From: Ginkgo biloba
Lineage: Eukaryota; Plantae; Ginkgophyta
Assembly: GCA_024626585.2 (NCBI GenBank)
Contig: JANKJI020000004.1
Coordinates: forward strand, 59,197,474-59,223,046
Length of the DNA stretch: 25,573 nucleotides
Direction: 5' to 3'
Part shown: piece after piece, positions 12,803 through 22,114 of the stretch
Layout of the letters: the number at the start of each line of letters is the position of its first letter
How positions within the stretch are numbered: the stretch's first letter is position 1
Notes under the pieces: generated by a model
The model's database searches: none
Told to the model about the DNA's origin: nothing
What the model saw: only the letters and a program-made list of their open reading frames with translations
Position numbers and translations under genes: made by a program

Positions 12803-12985
12803 TGTTTAGATTGATCAAGGAGGGTCTATTAATGTCATCATTAAGCATCTAACACAAGATTTTGTGATTATGCATAAAAAAATTACACCATATTACCCTT
12901 AGGGTTAATGAGCAAGCCAAAAGCACCAATAAAATTCTTACAAACATATGAACTTAAATTTGCAATGACAATAGAGAAGATTGGA
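12803..12985 (+). mobile_element. Gypsy integrase core fragment
   Basis: HLTQDFVIMHKKITPYYP*.NEQAKSTNKIL...ICNDNREDW, the H..STPYYPQ.NGQAESTNK.L motif. Confidence 0.82.
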
Positions 12986-13137
12986 TCCGATCCATCATAA
13001 CGCATCTTTCTAGAGTCATTTCGAAAGAATGTGTCATCAAGCTTCAATTTGAACNNNNNNNNNNNNNNNNNNNNNNNNNNNNNNNNNNNNNNNNNNNNNN
13101 NNNNNNNNNNNNNNNNNNNNNNNNNNNNNNNNNNNNG

Positions 13138-14465
13138 GCTCAGAGGTATTGCACCAGTTTTACCGTGGCTTAACTCAAGATGGCAAATTAATGATCTAGA
13201 ACAAAGATGGATACGAATGTGTCATAACATCTAGGAGATTCCAACATCATTCAAGCTCAAGATTCTAGCATGGTTGGCATTGCATCATGCTCTTGCAGTC
13301 AAGGACCCACTCAACAACGCATGATTCATGGATCCACGATGTGTTTTTTTTTCGATTCGGATAGAAGGGGTGTTGAAAGGTCCCCGAACCTTTTACAAAA
13401 GTCCGACAACGATTACAGAAAGTCTGCAGACCAACCAGAACGGAAACAAAATTTCTTGAAACCACCTAATAGGCTTTCAAGAAAGTACATCAACTGCCAA
13501 AGAGCATAATTTCAAAAATGAAGAGCTTTTTCTCAGATACGTCTACTGCTAATAAGCAGAAAATCAGATATTTTAGTTAGCCCAGAAAAGAAACTGCAAA
13601 CACAAAGGGAGATAAAAATCAAAGCCCTGCAATCCTTGCAAGAGAAGTAGTTAATGCCAATACCGCCAGATTGCCAGGTAAACGCCAAAAAGCTGAAGCA
13701 ACCCCCAAGCTTCTAGTGCAAGGGGGCAGAAATGGACCCCAAAACGTTGACCACCGAACAGATGCACCACGGCTACTGCCATACTGCCTGGTAGCATGAG
13801 AGGCAGAGATGGGCTCTCCGTGAGCACCCACCTCAAGAGAGAAAAGCAGAGAAACAACCAGCTTCATCAATCCTTGGACAGGCGGTTCACAAAACCCTTC
13901 ACGAATAAGAGGCCACAAGGAAAGAACCAAAATAAATCAGAGATGAATCCCACAGCTAGGCCACCTCCAAAGAAAGCCAACCTCCAGAGCCCACAACTGC
14001 AAACCCCACAGAGGCATCCTACGGATCCCATACGCTTCCAAAATTGGGAAAAAAAAAGAGGCAACTCCATGAAATAAGAAAGCACCCAAGAAATGAAATA
14101 CCTTCGTAAGAGCTGAAGCATAGGGCAAAGGAAGCCAGAAGAACAGGAGCCTCCCCCTGAGGCACCACGCGAGCTTCGCCTCGCCTAAGAGCAACGCAAA
14201 CACAGCTACGACCGTCGATATCCTCCGTAGGGTGAAAACCCTAGCAGAGCCTCATATCCTCCCAAAATCAATTCTTACTCAAATTTTTGATCCACGATGT
14301 GTTTCATGTTAGAGAAAAGAAACAATTTTGCATGTATTTTAGCAATGCTCAATAGCCAAAACTCTTCGGCATTGGATACGCATACAACCTTATAGGAAGA
14401 ATTCAAAAGACTATTTGTAGTTCCTTTGAAGTGGAAGGGGATCACTTTAGGAGACAATTGGATGA
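13138..14465 (+). mobile_element. L1-type LINE ORF2 C-terminal zf-RVT fragment, split by an insertion at 13347-14288
   Basis: Removing the insert and one TSD restores one frame: WLNSRWQ...RWIRMCHNI*EIPTSFKLKILAWLALHHALAVKDPLNNA*FMDPRCVSC*RKETILHVF*QCSIAKTLRHWI, i.e. K.K.F.W...H..L...C..C...ET..H.F..C..AK. Confidence 0.88.
13347..14288 (-). mobile_element. Young non-LTR (TPRT-type) insertion, ~940 bp, no clear ORF; 5'-truncated LINE 3' region or non-autonomous element
   Basis: Flanked by identical GATCCACGATGTGTTT at 13331-13346 and 14289-14304; short T run at 13347-13352 is a poly(A) tail on the minus strand; visibly richer in GC and CpG than its flanks. Confidence 0.88.
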
Positions 14466-14706
14466 NNNNNNNNNNNNNNNNNNNNNNNNNNNNNNNNNNN
14501 NNNNNNNNNNNNNNNNNNNNNNNNNNNNNNNNNNNNNNNNNNNNNNNNNNNNNNNNNNNNNNNNNNNNNNNNNNNNNNNNNNNNNNNNNNNNNNNNNNNN
14601 NNNNNNNNNNNNNNNNNNNNNNNNNNNNNNNNNNNNNNNNNNNNNNNNNNNNNNNNNNNNNNNNNNNNNNNNNNNNNNNNNNNNNNNNNNNNNNNNNNNN
14701 NNNNNN

Positions 14707-15246
14707 ATAAAATTCCTAAGAATGTGCGAACAAAGATATGTGACGTAGGCCAATCAGATTAGGTAGAGAAGATTCACTCAACTTTATGGGTTGACTGCAT
14801 GACAAATGAGCATGTTGTTGGAAGGACACCATTCCAACTTGTTTATGAGTTAGAAGCCATCATCCCTTTTGAATTCTAGGTTCTAAGTGAAAGTATTGTA
14901 GTGAAACATCACATGGGTGACATTCAATCGCACAAAGAGTGACTTTGTCACTTGTCATGTGTGGATGAAACACAAGCATTTGTATGTTAGGAAACGAAAG
15001 TATGCAAACAATGTCAAAATCCTTAACACAATTGTCACATCAAGGATCTAGACTTTAAACATGGAGATACAATACTTTTATATTGCAAGTAGTTTCATAC
15101 ATGGCTTGCTAAGCTTAAAATGTGTGCGCTAAGACCTTATTGGACCCATACCATAAATGAAAATGTTTTTGTTCATTTGTAGTAGTTAAACGAAACCTTA
15201 TTGCCTAAATTGGTTAATGGTAGTAGGCTGAAACACTACCATTAGT
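14707..15246 (+). mobile_element. Gypsy integrase C-terminal half (second, diverged copy)
   Basis: TKICDVGQSD*VEKIHSTLWVDCMT..HVVGRTPFQLVYELEAIIPFEF*VLS ... LVNGSRLKHYH*. Confidence 0.88.
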
Positions 15247-16776
15247 AGTGTCGTGGTTGCAAGTGATTTGTATATAAATATGTTGTGTATGTACATGTCT
15301 TGAAAATATTTCAAAAATTTAACGAGCTTTGAAAAAGAACCAAGGTCATCAAACATCCATTTATACACGATTGAGAATTCATAATTATCATTGGCTCCTT
15401 GAAATCAACACAATTGAATGATACTAACCTTCTTGCAAAGTTTTTGTGAGTGGGACATAAAATGTTAGGACCAACATTATAAGCGTTTGCGACTGGGTAT
15501 ATCATCCTTGCAAATAAATGAATAAACTTAAAAAAAAATAGGCAAAAAAAACCTCAAGAATTTTTGCAAGTGTTGGAGCATCTCATAAACACATCCAATT
15601 GTGTCCAGTGCATAAATGATTGATTGAGCAAATGGATTAGGGGCATCTAGTTGTCACCTACCACGTTGTAATTGACAATTAACCTTAATGGGATGATCAA
15701 CTGATAATAGTTGTTGATCAAGGCATTTACTTGACTCATTAGAAAATGCCAACTCATCAATGATATTAAGAAAATGTAACCATCATTGAGGAACATGACA
15801 TAAAGTTTCCAAGTGACATGACAGATGATCATGAGGTTGTAACGAAGATTAAGCTGGTAAGTTTTGATGTTAACACTCCATCCAAATTCTCATGTTCCCT
15901 TCCAAGCTCATTTTGCACTAGTTGAGAGCTTTTCAACCATTGCAACCAAATGTGCAACAATTGTTGAAACTTTGTTTTTAATCTTTGCGACCAACATCCA
16001 CACATCAAAGGCAGCCCATTCATATAATTTCGGGCAATTGTTACTAATCAAAACATGATGTTGGTTGCGAGAAGTAGGAGGCGGTTGAGCTTGCAAATGG
16101 AGCATCACTATTTGGCCATTTAGTCCCTTTCTAGGAAGTTAACTCTTGACTAGAAGTTTGGAGACATGTTTCTATAGGGTGATGTAATAAGTAGTTAGTT
16201 AGTGATCGAAAATTTGGATGCTAGTTAGCATAGAGTGGTTAAATTGTTTTGGGGGTAACTTCTTTATTACCTAGCAACTAGAAATTTGAGCAATTTCAAA
16301 CATGGGCAACCTACCCATTTTTGCTATCAAGATATGAAAGCATGATGTAGCGGCTTTGAGGCTGAGTTTCAAAAATTTTGGCCAACCATCTATTGAATGT
16401 TGCTATTCAAAATGTCGGTTTGACTACATGCCTACATATGTGTTCAATATTTTAGGATCCAAGTTTGTTAGCTTCCACAATTGGCATGGTTGATAAAGTT
16501 GAAGAAATTGTAAAGGTTGATGATGCTTCCAATCACCAAGTTTTTGGCCTACCTATGGATGGACTTGAAATTCCATTAACAACCAAAACAAACTAACAAG
16601 GAATAAGAAATGAAGTTTGTTACAAGTTAGTGATGGTTTGAATATAGTCATCAAATTTTAGGGACTTAAGGACGCTAAACTTCATTGGATTACCCAACTG
16701 ATGCTTGCATCCTTGGCAAGTAGAAAAGTTCCCATACTCTTATGCAACTTCTCATGTTTTTTAGTAGGCATGTCAA

Positions 16777-16796
16777 GAAAGAAAGAAAGAAAGAAA
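16777..16796. repeat. (GAAA)5 microsatellite
   Basis: gaaagaaagaaagaaagaaa read directly. Confidence 0.9.
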
Positions 16797-17290
16797 TATA
16801 TTAATGTCCATAGATGGCGGAACAATGTTCATTGTGACTGTAAAAGATAAGTACAATGGATCAAGGGATTGCTTGAAGCAACTCCAAATGAAAAGTAAGA
16901 ATTCTAAGCCAAAGAGTACAAGAAAGAGTAAATTTAGCAATGAAATTAATTTTGTCTAGTTGTGGTAGACTCCCAAAGTATTGACTATTCCTATTGGCTA
17001 CTATAAAGTCCCCCAAAGATTGTTCGAGGATATCTTCAATAAAACAATCAATAACATTAATGGAGTTCTGTTGTGCAATTGTAGGAGGCATTCACGGTGG
17101 CTAAAGAAGAGAGAGCAGTTATTTCTCGCCTAGCATCCAAGGATAAAGTTCCCCACATAGAAGTAAAGAAGTTAGTGAAACGACCTCTATTTAGAACATT
17201 ATGGTCCGTAGATCTCATACTCCATGAAGAGTTGGTATGGTTGATTCTATGATGTATAGTGTTTGTTGGATCTAAAAGAATCATTGTGAG

Positions 17291-17466
17291 TGTTTATCTA
17301 GGCTGAATGATATGGTCCTTGTACCTAAAGAAGGTGGAGTGTGAACTCGTAGAGCTTGTAAAAAGGTAGTAATATCTACCTCTAATCTCATAATAGATTG
17401 GGCACCAAAAGATCAAATGCTCGTCTGTCTTGACCTCCAACAAGCAAGGCCTGCAAATTCGTTGGT
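17291..17466 (-). mobile_element. LINE ORF2 C-terminal CCHC zinc knuckle (3' part of the LINE at 18451-19442)
   Basis: QRICRPCLLEVKTDEHLIFWCPIYYEIRGRYYYLF...STFFRYKD: Cx2Cx8Hx4C followed by PIYYEIRGRY. Confidence 0.85.
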
Positions 17467-18218
17467 NNNNNNNNNNNNNNNNNNNNNNNNNNNNNNNNNN
17501 NNNNNNNNNNNNNNNNNNNNNNNNNNNNNNNNNNNNNNNNNNNNNNNNNNNNNNNNNNNNNNNNNNAACTTTTATAAAGAGACTTTTTAATTAGATTTAG
17601 AATATTCTTAAAGTATGCTTCTTTTTTTTCTAACTTTGGAAATTGAATTTTTTTTTTTTTTTAACTTTGTCTGGATGCCATGATCGGTTTGCAACCTACA
17701 CATCAATCCACCTTGAAAATCACTTGTTTTGTGCACCAATCCATTAGATGGAACCCAATAATCTAGAACTACTATGCATTTCAGTTGCAAAGGGTGCTAA
17801 ATGGTTGTTCTTGGAAGCATGTTCCTAAATAAGCAAAGATGAAACGACCACATTTTTGAGATGGAAGATAGTGGGATCGGCAAATGGAAGAGGGGCGGAA
17901 TATGTGTAGAAAGGATAGAAGGCTGACAATGATTTTTCCCTGCGATGAGACAAAGGATGATGGATGATCAATAAACCGAAGCATGTGGAGCGATGGAAGA
18001 CGTGGACGAAAGAATGCTAGGTGGATCTGACCATGTAGAGTAGAAAGCAGACTGATGGCCGCTAGGTGGGTCCAATAATATGGAGAAGTAATAGATAGAT
18101 GGACTGTGTGGATGGATGGGCTAAGGGATAGCAAGAACAGGTAGATGTTGATGATGGAAAGAAGGCTGGAGTAAAAGGGAGATGCAGAGTGATTAATTTA
18201 AGGAGAGGAATGAATTTT

Positions 18219-18230
18219 GCTTTGATACCA
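18219..18230 (-). promoter_or_regulatory. Primer-binding site for initiator tRNA-Met (TGGTATCAAAGC)
   Basis: 11/12 match to the canonical plant PBS TGGTATCAGAGC, 2 nt after the LTR-terminal CA. Confidence 0.85.
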
Positions 18231-18232
18231 CT

Positions 18233-18450
18233 TGAGACAGCCGTTTTGGGCATAGCCTCTTCGAACGTGCCGGTCTCCTAAGAATGAATAGAGAAGTTCA
18301 CCAATAGATAAACTATTTATTGAATTTCAAAGTGATGTTCCATAGCTGGTATGTTTAAATATTTATATATTTACCCGTGACCGTTCTTAAAGTCATGGCT
18401 ATTAATTATTAGAGTTTAATCTGTAATTAACTTTAATTAGGTACATAACA
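18233..18450 (-). mobile_element. 5' LTR (218 bp, TG...CA) of an LTR retroelement inserted into a LINE
   Basis: Minus strand starts TGTTATGTAC, contains TATATAAATA, ends CTGTCTCA and is followed after 2 nt by a PBS; LINE coding sequence stops exactly at 18451. Confidence 0.8.
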
Positions 18451-19442
18451 AAACGCTCCAAGCGAAAGGTCAGCTTGGGGCTAAGGGGCCGAGGGGAGGA
18501 ATCAATGTGGTCTAAATGTAGCTTTGATANNNNNNNNNNGAATGGCTTCTGTAATCTCCTTTGCGGGATGAGGTACATTTAGAGCAGCATTCAAGAAGAA
18601 TCTATAAGAATGAATATGGTAAATAGAGATAATAGCCATCTGTAGGAGTGAAGAAACCTCCGAGTACCAACATCGTCTACAAGTTTTCTGAATCAGTGTT
18701 GCCAACTTTGTTCAAGAGCAAAAGGCCAAGAATGGATATCTGTCTCCTGCTAAAGAATTATCTGCCATGCGACATAACCTAAGGACATAATTAATAAGTT
18801 TGAAGCAAGTCTCGGGAAGTAAAGGGTGTGCATCAAACTCTTCTTTAACAATACTCCATGGAACTCTATGCTTACAATGTATGATACACTGTAACATAAT
18901 GGTCAGAAGCCTCTCGATTCAAGCCCAGTCTGTATTCCCTAGGCTCTGCCCCCAAAACCTCAGACCCATGAAAAATTGCAGCTTTGACAATGGGGTCAAA
19001 GAGCTGCATTCTGGACAAAGCATCGTGGAAGTCAAATTGGAAGCATTTGTCTGTCCAAAACGAGGGATGCATACCCCTTGCACAAGCAAGATTGAGAGGT
19101 TGACCCCATATGGAATGATGGCCCCATAAACTGGATATGACCAAATAGGCATATGATAGTGACATGCTAATCTCTGAAGGAGAATTGCAGTCTTGATAGT
19201 GCATCTCTGGTACTATTGAAAACCATAAACTCAGTCCTCCAGTCTCTTGGTATCACAACAAGTATCAAGAGAATCCAATTGTCTTTTTGTAACCCCTTCA
19301 ATGGAGGATAAAAGAACAATGTATCTGCGAATATAAAAATAGAAATCATGACATAATGAGGCATGTAACGATCATCTGTGTTAGTGGTCTCCCTAAGGTG
19401 TTGCTTGAGCCCATCAAATTGAAGTCCAAAGAGGGTTGGTGA
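18451..19442 (-). mobile_element. 5'-truncated LINE ORF2 (RT C-terminal part and thumb), RTE-X/L2-like rather than L1
   Basis: SPTLFGLQFDGLKQHLRE...MISIFIFAD...GLQ...FMVFNS...SYAYL...QLFDPIVKAAIFHGSEV.G...MLQCIIHCKHRVPWSIVKEEFDAHP...RYPFLAFCS, with frameshifts. Clade call is from motif recall only. Confidence 0.85.
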
Positions 19443-20756
19443 AAAAAAAATAAAAATAAATTGTGTAGAGAGCTAGCATTATCTATGTTCAAAAGGACAT
19501 GGGTGGCAGTAAAAGAGTTGAATGCAATTAACAAACAAATTGATAAAAAGCCAAACAAAACTGTCTTCCCTATAAGATGAAATAAAGGAGTGGCTTAAAA
19601 AAGAAGACAATGTAATTAAGCAGAAGATGGTCAAAGAGAAAGCAACTTTGAATAACTAGTTACTGGTGATTGTGGTAAATCCTGATGAGGAAGCTTAAAC
19701 CCTTGAAAGAATGCAGTCTTGCTTTAAGATGCATAAGGACCAAATAAAGGTCCGAACGAATATGACAACATTCTCAATAGAGTTGACAAGTTAGAGCTTG
19801 CATTGAAAGAAATGTGGGACGAGTAGGATAAGCTTGTCAATGAAGGACACATTATCACCGGGTGGAATGCAAAAGGGTTGAAAGCAAGTGCTTGCTTGCT
19901 ATAGTAAATTGAAGTAGAGGACATTAAAAGAGTGAAAGAGGAAATGGAGAGAATGCGAGTAGGTCGAGGAATGCAAACAGGTGATTGATCTCTGGAGTGA
20001 GTTGTGAAAATGGGGATGAATACGCGTGCGTGAGAGGAGGGAAAGTTGGGAGACAATATAATGATAGAAGAGTGAAGGCGCTCTGATCGTTGGTCAAATA
20101 CATGGAGCTTCCTACGAGTTTCCGTGGAGCTTCGTGGTGCTGTACAATTTCATGGAAAGTTTCTTGGAGTTTTCTATTGGTCTATTCGCGTAGGTGTCTA
20201 ATCTTTTGATTTTTCAATAGTTTTTATGGGAGCAGAGTCGTTGGGTGCATGTATGTGCAACTTACGAGTTATTGTCTTCAAGTTGTAAATATAAATTGGA
20301 TGCATTTATAATGTGTTTTTTAAAATTGTTTTTACAATATTAAAAAAAATTTATTTTTCTCTATGATACGTTCGTGAAATTTTTTCGAACTGTGCAACTC
20401 TACAATATTAAAATTTCTTTATTTCTCTTTATGAAACTTTGGTGGAGCTTTTTGGAAGTGTGCAACTCCATGGGATGCTTCTTGGNNNNNNNNNNNNNNN
20501 NNNNNNNNNNNNNNNNNNNNNNNNNNNNNNNNNNNNNNNNNNNNNNNNNNNNNNNNNNNNNNNNNNNNNNNNNNNNNNNNNNNNNAGCTAGAACTGCTTG
20601 ACAGTGGATGCTGAGACAACACCATCATTCAAAGCAAGAACTTTACTCCTACTCAAACACATTGACTGGAATGTTTTTCAGAGCGGTGTTAGTATTCATG
20701 TATCCACTCAAAGGTACTAAAATATATGTCCATAAAAACTTGATTTTGGAAAATCA

Positions 20757-21500
20757 ACAGATCTGCAAAAAGAAGTAAAGAAATCAGGATATGATGAATA
20801 ATTGAACCATTATCTGCATAAGTGGTCTCGTGAGATGCTGCTTAAGCTCATCAATATAAACTCCAAAGAGAGTCGGTGAAAGAAGGCATCCCTGTTTGAC
20901 CCCAATGGTGCTTCAGATGTCCCTGGAAAAACTGTACGAGCTACAAAAATGACCAATCACTGTCTCATAGAGCCTCATAACTGCACTGATAATAATCTCC
21001 AAAATACCTAGAGAACGTAACTTCTCAAAGAGAAGATGTTTGGGAACAGTATCGAATGCCTACAAAGCAACAATAGACTTTATAAGACTACTGCCTTCCC
21101 TCCTCAATGATGGTCCTGAAAGAAAGAATGTGGTCAACTGTCTAGTAGTCATTGCGGAAGATTGTGTCCCCCTTGGTCCTAGAACCAGTACTCTCCAACC
21201 AATCTGAAAGACAGATGTCAGTGTTTGTAGCTTAGAGTTCGGTTAGTGTATGGTCTTTCATAATGGTCCTGTAGTTTCCTGGATAAGATTTACTCCTGAT
21301 TTTTGAATAGGGAGATTATATGGTGGGTCTAGGGAGGAGAGAAGCCCATATGGACAACCTCATTGAAAAGAGAAGTGGTAGAGTGAGCAAGAAGGCCTAG
21401 GCCATGTTTCAAGAATTCTGATTGGAGCCTTTCTATGTCATTGGCTCTATTTGTAAATGGCCTTGTGGATCCTATCATGCTCAAAGAAAGAAGGAGGAAG
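20757..21500 (-). mobile_element. LINE reverse transcriptase core (second copy of the same family)
   Basis: EFLKHG...KSG...PGNYRTIM...TVDHILSFRTIIEEGR...VYCCFV..AFDTVPKHLLFEKLRSLG...MRLYE...STIGVKQGC..SPTLFGVYIDELKQHL...LISLLLFAD; breaks off at the FADD motif. May extend to ~21890. Confidence 0.92.
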
Positions 21501-21896
21501 CTTGAGATGAGATTGATATTGGGATTTGGTTAGGAATATCATAAAGTGAAGTTTGATGTGGATACAAAGCTTCAGGATTGGTAATATGACAAGGAGATTT
21601 GCACGTAGAAGTCTTTTTAAAAATGTTTTTGGGGAGTTATGAAGTGCAGAAATGAGCTCTTTCTTTCTTGATGTAAGGAACCTATGTTTCTTTTATCCAA
21701 GAAGATAACAATATTCTGTGTGTCTGGTCTTGGCTTGTTCTGAATTATGGGCAAGGTCAATCTAAGATGACAATGGAAACGTTTGCAGTCATTGTCAAGG
21801 CCCTTGTTCATTGGAAAGTGACAAAGTTTGCAAAGTGGACTGGTGTGACGTAGAGCAAAAAACGTAGTTGCATATAAATCATGAACATCGGGGTCA

Positions 21897-22011
21897 AGAT
21901 GCCTCATTGTGGAATGCTTTGGTCTAAAGCCTGTATGGCCCATGACTCTTTTGTTGACTTCCTTTACCCACTTGAGTCATTTTTTTAATATCATTCTGCT
22001 AAGGAGCTTCG

Positions 22012-22012
<1 letters not shown>
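21897..22012 (-). mobile_element. Short third LINE RT fragment
   Basis: TKLLSRMILKK...KRVMGHTGFRPKHSTMRHL matches KRA.GQAGFRPKHST.DH. Confidence 0.7.

Positions 22013-22014
<2 letters not shown>

Positions 22015-22042
<28 letters not shown>
22015..22042 (+). repeat. (AG)14 microsatellite ending 23 nt upstream of the SSI exon
   Basis: Read directly. Confidence 0.97.
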
Positions 22043-22044
<2 letters not shown>

Positions 22045-22065
22045 TAATGCCAAGATTTATTGCAG

Positions 22066-22114
22066 GTTATGTTGGGTTCAGGGGATCTATTCATCGAAGA
22101 TTGGATGAGAAGTT
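22066..22114 (+). CDS. SS1: Starch synthase I next exon, 5' part only (VMLGSGDLFIEDWMRS...); the rest falls in the gap 22115-22214
   Basis: ttattgcag acceptor followed by GTT ATG TTG GGT TCA GGG GAT, the VMLGSGD...E.WMRS segment that directly follows DDIQ(F/L) in SSI; phase 0 fits the donor at 8016. Confidence 0.92.

Larger units (their letters stand above)
8016..22065 (+). other. ~14-kb GT-AG intron of SSI filled with nested retroelements
   Basis: GTAAGT at 8016 and TGCAG ending 22065 join two consecutive SSI coding segments in frame. Length is approximate because of several N gaps. Confidence 0.85.

Noticed and set aside
12093-12848. 251-aa ORF and other ORFs spanning N runs (for example 14426-14753)
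   Set aside because: Almost entirely X residues; artefacts of assembly gaps.
13619-14203. Overlapping 68-103 aa ORFs on both strands
   Set aside because: They lie inside the GC-richer TSD-flanked insert, show no recognisable domain, and are expected by chance at this composition.
20126-22014. 12-bp direct repeat GGAGCTTCGTGG at 20126 and 22003 as a TSD
   Set aside because: One copy is inside LINE coding sequence and the other is part of a local motif array; the enclosed DNA is not a single element.
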